64,000 nt of DNA, from contig JAANOX010000205.1 in assembly GCA_020184695.1 (NCBI GenBank), positions 947,437-1,011,436 of the forward strand, in the 5' to 3' direction. Within the stretch, counting starts at the first letter, position 1, and each line of letters begins with the position of its first letter. Positions 9,203-21,249 of the stretch are shown piece by piece. Both the position numbers and the translations under genes were made by a program. The DNA is from Histomonas meleagridis 2922-C6/04-290x. Its lineage: Eukaryota > Protista > Parabasalia. Under the pieces are notes generated by a model. The model had not been told where the DNA came from and made no database searches. It saw nothing but the letters and a program-made list of their open reading frames with translations.

Positions 9203-10540
9203 ATGGGTTTCCTTCTAAATACAACAATTTTATCATTATTTCAAAAGAATTCTTTTATAAAATCTCCGAATTTCGTTGTCACTGGATTAAATTGTAGAAA
9301 TTTTTTTCATATATCACACACCAAATTTTACATGTCTTTATCCCCTGCTTACTTCTCTAACAATATCGTAACAAAGCTTAGATTTGATAATTGCGTTTTT
9401 TCAAAGTTCTTAACTTCAGCAATTCATATCCAAAAACTCGATTTTCTTTACGATAAAGTTTTTGAAGTTTCTCAATTTAAACTTAAAAGTAACCCAACTT
9501 TAATTTATGATTGTGTATTCCAAAATTTTAAACTTAATAACAAAGATGGTGCTGCAATAAATTCTGATCAAGAACTTGATTTTTATAATATTCTTTTCAC
9601 AAAATGTGTTGCAAGAAACGGTGCAGCTCTTTACACTACCAATAGTTTAAAAGCAAATTACATTTCATTTACACATCTTTCTGCAGAGCAGGCTCCTTCA
9701 TTCTATTCTTACAAGCCGGATAGTGACCAAATTAATATATCAATCATAAACAGTGATTTTCAAGAATTAGAAGCCAAAAATGCAAATGGCATTTTTTATC
9801 ATTCAAGCTCTGGTGTCTTTTCTCTTAATGATTGTAACATTTCTAAGTGTAAATCGGCACAAGACAACGGCGGATTTTATGTAAGTTGCTCAAACTCGAC
9901 ATTTGCATATGATCGATTTTCTAATATCAAGTCACAAAACATAAATGGTTGTGGTTTTTTTGAATCATCCAAATCTGTTTCCTTATTTAATTGCATTTTT
10001 GCCAATGTTGATCAGAATGCAATTAATCCAAATTATGGTAATTCATTAACATTTTCTAAAATCAAAAACAGTGTTAAAATTGAACAAACCAATTTCATTA
10101 ACAATATTAAATCTCAAAATTTCGAAATAGTTTCCAACGAAACACCGAAAATTTATATTATAAATTGTTGTTTCAAGTGTAAAAAAGAAAATTCAATTAA
10201 ATTGAATGCATCAGAACTAATTGAAAGCCAAACAACGGTTGAAACGGAATGTCATCAACACAGCAACTTAAATGTTGGATATGGCGAAAAAAGAACTGCA
10301 ACATATAATCCAGTACCAGTTCCTGATGAAGCAAAAGAAACTTTAATTCTAGATCAAAATAAATTGGAAAAACTAGAATTCTTAAATCAGTCAATTCAAA
10401 TTCTGACATATGCAGTTGCAATGTTCGGAGTTTTGGCAACTGTTTTGTTTATATATTACATGTTTTACAGAAATTACTTGGGGAAAAGGATAAAACGTAG
10501 AACAGATGATGAACAAATACTTGAAAAATTAGATCAATGA
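9203..10540 (+). CDS. Type I membrane protein with a probable beta-helix (Pmp/pectin-lyase-like) ectodomain
   Basis: Hydrophobic N-terminus, GAAI/GAAL/GGF and FxxC repeats, C-terminal TM segment (ILTYAVAMFGVLATVLFIYYMFY) and a short basic/acidic tail. Confidence 0.65.
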   Translation: MGFLLNTTILSLFQKNSFIKSPNFVVTGLNCRNFFHISHTKFYMSLSPAYFSNNIVTKLRFDNCVFSKFLTSAIHIQKLDFLYDKVFEVSQFKLKSNPTLIYDCVFQNFKLNNKDGAAINSDQELDFYNILFTKCVARNGAALYTTNSLKANYISFTHLSAEQAPSFYSYKPDSDQINISIINSDFQELEAKNANGIFYHSSSGVFSLNDCNISKCKSAQDNGGFYVSCSNSTFAYDRFSNIKSQNINGCGFFESSKSVSLFNCIFANVDQNAINPNYGNSLTFSKIKNSVKIEQTNFINNIKSQNFEIVSNETPKIYIINCCFKCKKENSIKLNASELIESQTTVETECHQHSNLNVGYGEKRTATYNPVPVPDEAKETLILDQNKLEKLEFLNQSIQILTYAVAMFGVLATVLFIYYMFYRNYLGKRIKRRTDDEQILEKLDQ

Positions 10541-10823
10541 AAAAATTTTATTTTGTTCTTTCTTATAGATATATATAATAATAAAGCGTTACATGTTAGT
10601 ATTTTTTAAAATATTTTTAAAATTCAATTTGATTTTAATATGAGCATTTTAATTTAAATCTTTCTTGAAAAATATGAAGTAATGTGTTGATTTTGTTTTT
10701 CTTTTCTTGGTTGGTTAGGCTTAATGCATCGAAATTAGAAGAAATTTTGATTTGCTGATAAAAAAAAGATTTGAATGACATGTGAATTGAAAAATTTGAT
10801 TCCCAAATTTAAACGTATATTTT

Positions 10824-11228
10824 ATGCAACAAAATGATGTATCAAAACTGCCACCTGTTAGCAGATGGTCGCGGCCAGGGTTTGTTTCAAGGATAGTTGG
10901 AAATAGAAAACCAGAAACTTTTGTACCATCAGATTATCTTAAAAGTAATCACATTTCATTGAACGTTGGTAACGTAAGACTTCAATTTCAAAATGAAAAG
11001 TGGGTAAACTTGGATGATCCAAAGAAGGAAAATTATTCTGCAAAGCGAAAAGATATTAAAAAATTGGAAATGGAAAATACGCAACTCCAACTTCAATGCG
11101 AAATTCTTCTTCATATGTTAACAATTTCAGAGCTAAAGAAAGCAAAGCACCAAGGAAAGCTTGACCAGCTCAAAAAACAAATTTCAGAATCAATTGATCA
11201 ATATGAATCATCTCAAATTGATGAGTAA
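10824..11228 (+). CDS. Chibby-like coiled-coil protein
   Basis: LNVGNVRLQFQNEKW...KKLEMENTQLQLQCEILLHMLT resembles the Chibby signature (L.F.NG.W ... LEEENNLL.LK..ILLDML). Confidence 0.65.
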   Translation: MQQNDVSKLPPVSRWSRPGFVSRIVGNRKPETFVPSDYLKSNHISLNVGNVRLQFQNEKWVNLDDPKKENYSAKRKDIKKLEMENTQLQLQCEILLHMLTISELKKAKHQGKLDQLKKQISESIDQYESSQIDE

Positions 11229-11350
11229 CATTATACATGTTTATGACTTATTTCTATTTTAATAAAATATTTTTGTATGTTTTTTTTCCTTCTTGGAGTT
11301 CTGTGTAAGAATTATGTGATAATACTTTTTGACAAAGTCTGTTCGATTTA

Positions 11351-14164
11351 ATGGGAGATGAAATTGTAAACCAAATTTTAATCTCATATGAAAAGCTTAA
11401 AACTAATAACAACGAATTAGTTCAAGAGGCCACACATTCCTTATCATTGCTTTCCTCAAATGAACTTTATTTACCATCATTGTTTCAAATTTTAAAATTA
11501 GCAGAAGATCCATATCTAAAGAAACAAGCCTCAATTTCAATCAAAAAATTTGTTTTTCAACACAAGGAACATTTTTTAAATCGTCTTGATTTTTTTCATA
11601 GCTTGTTAGAAATATTCACATATGAAAAAAACGAAGTTGTTCAGTCACAAATAACCGGAGTAATTTTATTTTTACTTAATAATGAAACAACCCCTATTTT
11701 ATTTGCATTTGCTCAAAGTGCATTACAATCCAATTCATTTGAATTAGTTTCGATTTCACTTTCACTTTTTTCATCCATTCCAAATCTTTCTTTATTTACA
11801 GACTTTTATCCATTATTTTTTTCATTAATTACTATTGGTTTACAATTTCCTAATCCTCGAAATGCACTTCTTTTATCGTTTCATATTTGTTTAATTTTAC
11901 CACCAAAATTATATGAAGAAATATGGAACAAAACAATTGATTTTGTATGTAATCCTTCTATCGATAAAACGACATTACTTTTATTAATTAATGAATTAAA
12001 TGATTCTTTAGATAATATTTCATTTATTTTTGTTAATATTCCATTTGTTCTCCATAAATTTCTAGAAATGATTGGAAACAATGAAACAATTCCTGAAAAT
12101 CAACTTTTATATGCATCTTTTATTGATGAATTAATATACAAAAATAAAAATAATGAGTTCGATATAAATTTCATGAAAACAATTTATTTAAAATATTTAC
12201 AACTTAATGAGTTAATTGATCCAATGTCATTAGATTTATTTGATACAATTTGTTCTGTTTTTTCGAATAACGAATTGTTTTTAACATTTATTTTTTCTGA
12301 AATCGAAAATTTTTCAGCAAATGAAAAAACAAAAATTGCATTTTTTTTAACATTAAATCATTCATTTAAAAATGGTTTTAATTTTTATAAAAATCATTTA
12401 AATGAAATAGTAAACATTCTTTCGGGCGTAATATTTGATGTATCATTAAATATAAAAGAAGTTATATCAAAAACAATTATAGAATTTTCTAAAGTTTTTC
12501 CTAAAAAGAAAATTTTGATTCATTTAATTGATTGTTTACTAAACTTTTTAATGAATGAATATAATGAGAATTATTATGAGTGTTTGTCGATTTTGTTCCA
12601 ACAAATACAAAGCACTGATTATGAATTCTTTGATAAAGCATTTCAATTAATGTTTCCAATAGTTTCTTCATTTAATACTTCTTCAATTATTCTTCAACAT
12701 GTATTCCCTTGTTTTCTATCTTTAATTTCTTCTTCTAAAATAAAAATTCAACAAATTTTTAATCCAACAATTTCATTATTTATTCATATTTTAGAATCAA
12801 ATTCTTCCGAAATTTCTTTTATGAAAGAATTTGCAATTGATGGAATAAAATATTTAACTGATTGTGTTGAACAATTTATTCCTTTTGCTCCAAATTTCTT
12901 AGTATATTTAATAACATATATTAAAAGTGATGACGAAGATACACAGAAAGCTGCTTTGAACTGTTTGGGAAATATCATTCAAAAAATGCCACACATTTTA
13001 ACGGATTCCATTGAAAACATCATAACGGTTTTGGTTTCAATTAGTCAAGCCGCTAAACCCTTCTCAATTATGTGCGCCATTTTCAATGAGTTCCCACAAT
13101 TTAACGCACAAAACATTCAAATTTTGATTCAATATTTCAATAGCATTTCAAACACAGAAAATGAAGAAAATCAAATGGAAATTTGTAGAGCTTTATGTCT
13201 TCTTTTAAATGCACTTTATAAATGTAAATTATTTGATACCGAAATTCCATCAATTTCTTTGAACTGGAGTTATTCTCTGATTCAAAAATCAAATGATAGT
13301 TTTGTAATTGCAGAAGCTTTTTCTGTGATTCTTGAAATATTAATTGATTTTAATCCGGATAATAATATGGTGCTAAATATCGCACATTCTTTTTTCCAAA
13401 CAATATCTCTTGACAACGAATTCGATGAACAAATTTTGCCGGTTTTTGCGGTTTTAATGAAACATCTGATTGAAAAAGTCGGGAATATTGAATGCTTTAC
13501 ATCATTCATTCCGAAACTTTTTGAAATGTGTTCAATTAAAAGTTTTAGAGATTTTTCGCTCCAAATATTGGGCCAATTTTTAGAAAAACCTTCAGTTGGT
13601 GTTGACCAAGTCTTTGCATTAAAAGTTGTTGAAATTGCAATGATATCCATAAAAGAAGATGAATCATCAATTGGAGTATTTGTAATAAATCAATGCGCAA
13701 GTGGATGTAATGAACTAATTCCTCCACAGATATTACAATTTCTTCTTGATATAATCGAAAATGCGAATAATTTTGAAGATGAATTTATCGAAAACTGTGT
13801 TAATGCAATTGGAGCAATTTGTATGAATTCAAAAAATATAATAAATTTGGAATTAAAACATATAATTTCATTGTTAAAAGTAATGCCCGCTAAAGATAAA
13901 CCAGAAGAAAACAATGAAATGATGAAATTTTTCTTTTGGATTGGTGAAAAAATGAATTTTTCGCCAAGTTTAGAGTTTGCTTCTGTTTTAATTAGATTAC
14001 TCTCACAGCCAAAAGAAATGATTGGGGAAATAGGAAACATCGAGCAGCTAAAAAAATGTTTGATCGAAATGTTAAATAATATTCAAGATTCAAATGAATT
14101 TTGTATGAATATTTGTGATGGAAATGAGTTAAAACTCGAATTTTTGTATAAAAATATAAAGTAA
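11351..14164 (+). CDS. Importin-beta/karyopherin family HEAT-repeat protein
   Basis: 937-aa helical ORF with an IBN_N-like N-terminus (ELVQEATHSLSLL...YLKKQASISIKK) and HEAT-like repeats (TQKAALNCLGNII). Confidence 0.7.
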   Translation: MGDEIVNQILISYEKLKTNNNELVQEATHSLSLLSSNELYLPSLFQILKLAEDPYLKKQASISIKKFVFQHKEHFLNRLDFFHSLLEIFTYEKNEVVQSQITGVILFLLNNETTPILFAFAQSALQSNSFELVSISLSLFSSIPNLSLFTDFYPLFFSLITIGLQFPNPRNALLLSFHICLILPPKLYEEIWNKTIDFVCNPSIDKTTLLLLINELNDSLDNISFIFVNIPFVLHKFLEMIGNNETIPENQLLYASFIDELIYKNKNNEFDINFMKTIYLKYLQLNELIDPMSLDLFDTICSVFSNNELFLTFIFSEIENFSANEKTKIAFFLTLNHSFKNGFNFYKNHLNEIVNILSGVIFDVSLNIKEVISKTIIEFSKVFPKKKILIHLIDCLLNFLMNEYNENYYECLSILFQQIQSTDYEFFDKAFQLMFPIVSSFNTSSIILQHVFPCFLSLISSSKIKIQQIFNPTISLFIHILESNSSEISFMKEFAIDGIKYLTDCVEQFIPFAPNFLVYLITYIKSDDEDTQKAALNCLGNIIQKMPHILTDSIENIITVLVSISQAAKPFSIMCAIFNEFPQFNAQNIQILIQYFNSISNTENEENQMEICRALCLLLNALYKCKLFDTEIPSISLNWSYSLIQKSNDSFVIAEAFSVILEILIDFNPDNNMVLNIAHSFFQTISLDNEFDEQILPVFAVLMKHLIEKVGNIECFTSFIPKLFEMCSIKSFRDFSLQILGQFLEKPSVGVDQVFALKVVEIAMISIKEDESSIGVFVINQCASGCNELIPPQILQFLLDIIENANNFEDEFIENCVNAIGAICMNSKNIINLELKHIISLLKVMPAKDKPEENNEMMKFFFWIGEKMNFSPSLEFASVLIRLLSQPKEMIGEIGNIEQLKKCLIEMLNNIQDSNEFCMNICDGNELKLEFLYKNIK

Positions 14165-14334
14165 AATAAATTGTAATTTTAGTTTGATGTTGCTAAAAAA
14201 TGAAGTAGTTCAATCCAAAAATAAAATTAAATTATTGTATGAAAAACAAAATTTTATGTTCTTGAAAACCGTTTACTTTCAGTCAAATATTTCACATGCT
14301 CTGTCATTAATATCTGGCTGAACTTATCTAAAAC

Positions 14335-14949
14335 ATGTTTTTTCTTTTATTCAGACTTATATTATCTTATCCAAATTATAGAACAGCTTTTCACACAAAA
14401 ATGCCAGAAGGATTTGATTCTACTCAATATATAAGATCATTCCAACAGGAAATAGGGCTTGCCAAATATGAATGTTATGTAAAAAATGTTCATATTCAAC
14501 AAAATGGCACAAACCCCGAAGCTTACCTTAGAAAAAAGCTCATAGGGAACTGCTTTGAAAAGTCTCATACGAATTATTGGTATTTCAAATTTTGCCCATT
14601 TATGCATTTAACACAATTTCGATATGGAATTGATAATGTCACACGTATTGACAACTTTGTTCTTGGTAAATACTCTGATTCACCTATGGTACAAATAGAT
14701 CGTGGATTTTCTGAGAAGTGGAATGGTGGTGATATTTGTGTTGTAACTGGTAAACCAAGGACAGCTCAAGTTGATTATATTTGTGATTTATCAATTGATA
14801 TTGATGGAAGAGTAACATCAATAAGCGAACCATCTTTTTGTAATTACTTAGTTAAATTCCATACTCCTCATGTCTGTGGGTTTCCCAACATAACAAACGA
14901 AGAGTTAGCCACAATTGATTGTTTCAATGTTGATTATTTTCCAAAATAA
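14335..14949 (+). CDS. Secreted MRH/PRKCSH-domain protein (OS-9/glucosidase II beta-like)
   Basis: Signal peptide, then CFEK...YWYFKFCPF...FVLG...NGGDIC...RTAQVDYIC...ISEPSFCNY...TPHVC. Confidence 0.8.
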   Translation: MFFLLFRLILSYPNYRTAFHTKMPEGFDSTQYIRSFQQEIGLAKYECYVKNVHIQQNGTNPEAYLRKKLIGNCFEKSHTNYWYFKFCPFMHLTQFRYGIDNVTRIDNFVLGKYSDSPMVQIDRGFSEKWNGGDICVVTGKPRTAQVDYICDLSIDIDGRVTSISEPSFCNYLVKFHTPHVCGFPNITNEELATIDCFNVDYFPK

Positions 14950-15114
14950 ATTGATGTGAGAAAATAAACTTATACAAACTTAAATGTTCTTTATTAAATT
15001 TAATAAACTAAGAAGGTAAAATTTTTAAAAACTGGATTTTTTTTTTCATTCCTGTGCAAACACATTTAAACAGATCTTTATATAAAACATCTTTATATGA
15101 CCTTTTCAAATTAA

Positions 15115-18100
15115 TTATTCCATTAATTCAAGGTGTAATGTTTTAGTTTTTTCCCCTCTTTTGTGTATTAAAATAATTGCAATGATTGATGATATTAAAA
15201 TGATTCCACTTATCACTGATACAATAATAATAATGGTATAATCTTCTTTCGTTTCTTTAGAAAAGATACAAATATTTTCATAATTGTCGGGTTCAATAGA
15301 AAGGATATTGTTCCAGACTTGATCATGATTTGTATCATAATTAGAATAATTATCTCGATATGGTAAACATAATGTAACATCATAAACATTATGACCTTTC
15401 TTATTAACCTTATTTTTTTTTGTACTATCAAATATATTTGTACTAAAATTTGGTGGATTTTCTGGAAATGAACCAACAGACAAATTAATACATCCTTCAA
15501 AAATATTTGTATCATTTGTATCTACGGATTTTAAAGATGGAACATGAATAAATGATAATGAACTACAGCCTTTAAATATACAATCTCCACCAAATGTTCC
15601 TAACTTTGAAAAATTAACTATTTCAAGTGATGTACAACTTTCAAACGCATTTTCATAAACAATTTCCAATTTATCTGATTCAAGTTTCTGTATCGAAGAA
15701 CAATTTAAAAATGCATGTTTTTTTATATTCCAAACATTCCCGAGTAAAACATTTGTTAAGTTAAAACAATTTGCAAAACATCTTGAACCAATATATTCTC
15801 CTTTTGAAATATTAACAAACAAAAGATTAGAACAGTTTTCAAATGAAGATCTAGAAATTATTCTTTCGTTGCTTGATTTAATATCATTACTCATAATAGA
15901 AATATTTTTGAGCGAAATGCAATTACTGAATGAATAATTACCGACTGTTTTAATATTAGGAAGATTTATAGTTAAAAGACTCGAACAATCTCTCTATGAA
16001 GATTCACCAATTTCTCTTAATTTTGTTAAATTAATTTTTGTTAATGAAATACAATTATAAAATGCTTTGGCACAAATTTTAATTACATTTGGTATTTGAA
16101 TTTCTTTTAAGTTTATACAATTCTCAAATGATGATGAACTTATTTCAGTTATCGAAAATAAAGAAACATATTCAAGCTTTTCACAATTTTGAAATATACT
16201 ATCATTAATAATTGTTATATTATCAATTCTGATAATTTCATTACAATTACAAAAACATTTAATGCCAATAGTTTTAAATTCCTTGAAATTAATATCTCGA
16301 ATACTCGAATTCATAAAACATTCATTCCCAATAAATTTAATATTTGGAATTGTAATAGAATTTAAAGTTTGAAGATTTTTGAAACATTTGTCTCCAATTT
16401 TTGTTAAATTTCTTGCTTCAAATGTTTCAAGAATAGTATCAACAAAAACTTCATCTCCAATATTTTCTAAATTTGTTAAATTGATCGATTTTAATGTTGC
16501 ACAATTTTTAAATGCTGAACTTCCACATGTCTTCAAATTAGGAAAATTAAAATCTGAAAATGAACTACAATTATAAAACGAATAAGAACCTGCATGTTCT
16601 AAATTGTGTAAATGTAAAATGACATTTTTACATTCACAATTATAAAAACATCTATCACCAATTTCTTTTGCATTTAAATATAAATCCAAATTATTTTTTT
16701 CTAGCCAAAGGAATACTGCATTTTCAAAACAAGAACTACCAAAACAAGTGCAATTTGAAATGTTAATATTTTCGATAACTAGATTAGAAAATAAGAATGA
16801 AGAAGCATTTTTAAGACTTGGAAGATAGAACTCTGTAATAGTACGTTGACCTTGGAATGAAAAGCTGCTGCAATTTTTTAAATTTGGTGCTTCAAATACA
16901 TGGAGTGAATCGCATTCCCTAAGTATATAATTTCCTACACTTTCAAGTTTTGGAAATGAACAATTTGCAAGATAAATGCATTGAGAAAATGCATCATCAT
17001 CGATTCCTGTTACACTGGAAAGGTTTATAGAAAAGAAAGATAAACAGTTTGAAAAAGCTGATTTACCAACATAAGTAACACCCGAGCTTTCAATATTCCT
17101 TAAGCAATAGTAATATTTGAAGGCATACGATTCGATAGTTTTAAGTTTAGCAAAGTTCACATCAGATAAATTAATACATTCATAAAAACATTGTTTGGTA
17201 CAAACAGTGATATTTGGTAAATCAATATTTCTAATACGTTTGCACTTATAAAAACAACCTTCCCCAACAGAGTTTGTGTTTTGGCAACTAAAATTTTCTA
17301 GATTTGAACATAAGTAGAATGCATATTCTCCAATTTTTTTTGTTGCGTATTTGTTATTGTATAAATTTTTAAACTGTTGGCATGAACCAAATGTGAAATT
17401 TCCAATTTCTTCTAATGGACCTGATATTGTAATATTTTTTAAATTAACACATGAGTAAAAAACATAATTTCCAATAAAATTAACATTGGATGGTAATTCA
17501 GCCATGATGAGTGAAGAATATGAAAAAGCAAAATCCCTGATTTCCTTCAAATTGGTATTAAATAAACAAGAAGTTAAACCAGTACAATTGAAAAGTAAAC
17601 CTTCATCGACTACTTCAAGTGTATTAGGGAGTAATAAACTTTTTAACGAAATACATGAGTGAAATGTATATTTACCTATTTTTTCTATATTATTTTCAGA
17701 TATATAACCAATAGAACTCAGACTATAACAACAAAAAAATGTATAACATCCAATTGTTGTAAGTTTATTCGGAAATTCAATTTTTGTTAAAGAATAACAA
17801 TATTTAAATGCATTATCATCTATAGTTTCAATTTTACTAAGTGAAATTTCTGTTAAATAAGAACATTTGCAAAATGTCCCATTATTTATTGATGTAATTA
17901 TATAAGGAAGTGTAATATTTTTTAATGAAATACATGAAAGAAATGCAAATTCACCAATAAAACTTATCTTTGTACCAATTTCAATTGTTTTTAATCTAAT
18001 GCAATTTCTAAATGCATAACTTCCTATATTTTCAACGCTATCAGGAATTTTAAATGTTTCTTTATCCTTTCCTGGTGGATAGAAAATAATATCATTTATG

Positions 18101-19376
18101 GATTTATTATAAACAATTCCATCATTTTGATAATTTGAATGATACTTATTATTATTAGATATATAAATTGACTGAAGATTTAGACATAATTCAAATGTAT
18201 TCGCGGCGATCTGAACCTAATCAGGAATAGTAATGGATTTTATTGAAGAACATTTACAAAATGCATAATCGCCAATATGTGTAACAAGCTTTCCAATAAT
18301 AACATTTGTTAATTTTAAACATGATTCAAATGCATGAATACCAATTCTTTCTACATTTTCCCCGATAGTAACATTTTCTAAATTTAAGCATGATTCAAAT
18401 GCATATTGATTAATATATTTAACACTTTTTCCTATTATAACATGTGTTAAATTTAAACATGATTGAAACGCATAATTATCAATAGTTTCAACACTTTCAT
18501 TAATATTGATACTTTTTAAACTGAAGCAAGATTGAAATGCATTTTTGCCAATAGTTTCAACATGATTTCCTAATGTAACATTTTCCAATCTAGAACATGA
18601 ATGAAAAGCATTGCTTTTAATTGATGTTACTTTGTCTGGAATATTGATATTCTTCAATGAATTACATGACATAAATGCTTTTTCACCTATTTCTTCAACA
18701 TTATCTCCAATAGTAACTTCTTCTAATAGTAAACATGAATAAAATGCTTCATTTTCAATATATTTAACAGAATTACCAATTTTAACTGTTGTTAATTTAT
18801 TCCATTCAAAAAATGAACAATATGGAATAATTACAAAACTGTTTCATTAAATATTTCAAATGTAGGTTTGGAAAAATAAAAACAAATAATATCAAATAAA
18901 TTATTCAAATATTAATTTTTTGTGTGCAGTTGTTGTCTCCTAGAAAAGGATTTATTGATTTGCAAAATCAAGAAAGAAAAAGTAAGATCAACATAAATAA
19001 AAATATGTTATTAGAGGTAATTAAGGTAGCTTCATTAAAATAATACGGATAATGTTTATTGGGTGTATACTTTGAAATTTGGCACCAATTGTTGAATTTA
19101 TCAGATAGCATATTTATAAATTCATAAAAATGAAGCTTTTTATCACAAAAAAAATATGAAATTTAGCAGTGACGCAAATTCGTTATTATGATTATTGATG
19201 ATTTTAAATTTTTTTTTGAATGAATATATATCAAAGATTTCGAAGTTTATATTACCATCAAAATCGATTTCATTTGAAGCAGCACCAATAATAAGGAAAC
19301 AAATTTGAATAATTGCAATCATAACAGCTGTTGCAATAAATAACAAAAATTTTTTTAAGAATTTTTATTCAAACAT
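15115..19376 (-). pseudogene. Large BspA-like (LRR_5) surface protein gene with C-terminal TM, disrupted
   Basis: ORFs 15115-15894, 15994-17550 and 18217-18672 share one frame. Manual translation shows continuous LxxIxIPxxVxxIGxxAFxxC repeats from about 18830 to 15115, broken only by TAG at 18217-18219 and 15994-15996. The 5' ~550 nt carry extra stops and frameshifts. A TM segment lies near the C-terminus. Confidence 0.85.
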
Positions 19377-19513
19377 GAATTTTCAATTGTGAATTTCTGA
19401 CCACCAAGATGAAAATTCAAAGGTGGACCACCTTTTAATTTTAATTAATAAATTAAAAATAGAAATCTTGAATCATGGATAAATTTATTTCAGTTATTAT
19501 TTAATCATCAGAA

Positions 19514-19594
19514 GACGACTTGGCCGAGTGGTTAAGGCGAGGGATTGCTAATCCCTTGTGCTTGCACGCGTGGGTTCGAATCCCATGGTCGTCG
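19514..19594 (+). tRNA. tRNA-Ser(GCT): tRNA-Ser, anticodon GCT
   Basis: Acceptor GACGACT/GGTCGTC, D-loop TGGCCGAGTGGTTAAGG, anticodon arm AGGGA-TTGCTAA-TCCCT, long variable arm, T-loop GGTTCGAATCC, then an oligo-T Pol III terminator. Confidence 0.97.
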
Positions 19595-19959
19595 TTTTTT
19601 ATTAATTTTTTTAACTGCAACTATTTAAAGATAATACCCATAAATTACTGTAATTTCATGTATATAAATACTACAACTCAATCTTTTAAATTCAATATTA
19701 TCAATCAAAAAATTCATTCATGGGTGAAGAACAAGATCCAAGGACACGTTAAAATTTGCTATAAATTTTAAAATTTTTATCAATAATTATATTTACTAAA
19801 TCATAAAAGATAGATTCTTTTTATATAAATTTCATATTAAGTAAGATATTTTTATTTAAAATTCCTTCTTAGTTTGACCTCCATTTGAAAAAACGATATG
19901 CAAATATCCACTTTTTGTATGTTTGTATATCATATCGTTAATTTAGTGTTGGTACAAAA

Positions 19960-20532
19960 ATGGATGCGGAAAGGAAATTCAAAGTTGTATTCATTGGTTC
20001 AGGTCATGCAGGAAAGACTAGCATCATAGAGCGATTCGCAACGAATAAGTTTTCAGAAGATATTGGTCCAACCATTGGAACTGGATTTACAACAAAAGAT
20101 TTCGAAGTTCCAAATGGTAAAATCACACTCAACATTTGGGACACGGCTGGTCAAGAGTTATATAAGAGCTTAATTCCTAAGTATTCCCAGGGTGCCTCTG
20201 CGATCATTATTGTATTTGATAGTACAGATGTAGCTTCATTTGAATCAGCCAAACGATGGTACTCTAGTGAAAAAGACATGCATGAAGAGGATATAATTTG
20301 GTTTTTAGTTGCCAATAAAAAAGATTTACATCGACAACAGATTGACATTGGTCAAGCTAGTGAATTCGCAACTGGAAACAACATGAAGTTCATGCAGACA
20401 TCTGCAAAAACTGGAGAAAACATAGAACTTCTTTTTTGTTCTATTGCAACGGAATTAGCAAAATCACTTACCAATCAGATAAGCTATCAACCAAACGCAC
20501 CAGAGCCTCAAGAGAAAAAATCATGTTGCTGA
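19960..20532 (+). CDS. Rab-family small GTPase
   Basis: GSGHAGKT P-loop, WDTAGQE, NKKD, SAKTG, and a C-terminal CC prenylation motif. Confidence 0.95.
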   Translation: MDAERKFKVVFIGSGHAGKTSIIERFATNKFSEDIGPTIGTGFTTKDFEVPNGKITLNIWDTAGQELYKSLIPKYSQGASAIIIVFDSTDVASFESAKRWYSSEKDMHEEDIIWFLVANKKDLHRQQIDIGQASEFATGNNMKFMQTSAKTGENIELLFCSIATELAKSLTNQISYQPNAPEPQEKKSCC

Positions 20533-20953
20533 AGGCCTTTTTGGATAGTTACAGTGTTAATAAACTTTAATTAAGCAATTTTTTATTGAGTTTATTTGTT
20601 TTAAAAATATTTCATCACGAAAATTATTCCATTGTTATTCAGCTTTGGGAAGTAAGTAGAAATGATATGCACAGTTCTGGTTGACTAGCTACTTATAGGC
20701 ACATGATAAAGATCAAATGATTTGTTTTGGAATATTGGAAAATTATTTTGATCTACCTGTATGGATCATTAAATTGGGTTGGACAGCTGAATGAAAGCTT
20801 TTTCTCCAAAAGGTTTTGAATAAGACACATTAACAATTCGTAATGCAGGAAAAGAAAGGGAACCATTTATAAAACAGCTTTCTGTTATTTTGGAAAAGTA
20901 TTGCATTCAAGATGAAAGTGATTAAATTCCTAAATCCATTTCATAATTTATTT

Positions 20954-21225
20954 ATTTGCTTTTTATCATGATTACATTTGTCTCACGTTACATTAAATAA
21001 GAACTTAATCAGTAATCAAGTACGAATTTTATCAATTTCATTTTTATTCATTTGCTTTTTATCATATCTACATTTGTCTCACGTTACATTAAATAAGAAC
21101 TTAATCAGTAATCAAGTACGAATTTAATCAATTTCATTTTTATTCATTTGCTTTTTATCATATCTACATTTGTCTCACGTTACATTAAATAAGAACTTAA
21201 TCAGTAATCAAGTACGAATTTAATC
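20954..21225. repeat. Non-coding 96-bp tandem repeat, about 2.8 copies
   Basis: CATTTGTCTCACG recurs at 20975, 21071 and 21167. The copies are near-identical, with stops in all three minus-strand frames. Confidence 0.95.
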
Positions 21226-21249
21226 CATCATAAAAATTATTTATTTATT

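Noticed and set aside
15994-18219. Genome-wide TAG reassignment (non-standard genetic code)
   Set aside because: No in-frame TAG was seen in the intact housekeeping genes here, one gene ends in TAG, and the two TAGs replace different expected residues (Ser-like and Phe-like).
19520-19771. 83-aa ORF in the track
   Set aside because: It starts at TTG inside the tRNA-Ser gene and is spurious.
20610-20925. Coding-like remnant downstream of the Rab gene (HDKDQMICFGILENYFDLPVW...; TLTIRNAGKEREPF...)
   Set aside because: Multiple stops and frameshifts with no recognisable family. It is a possible pseudogene, but not supportable.
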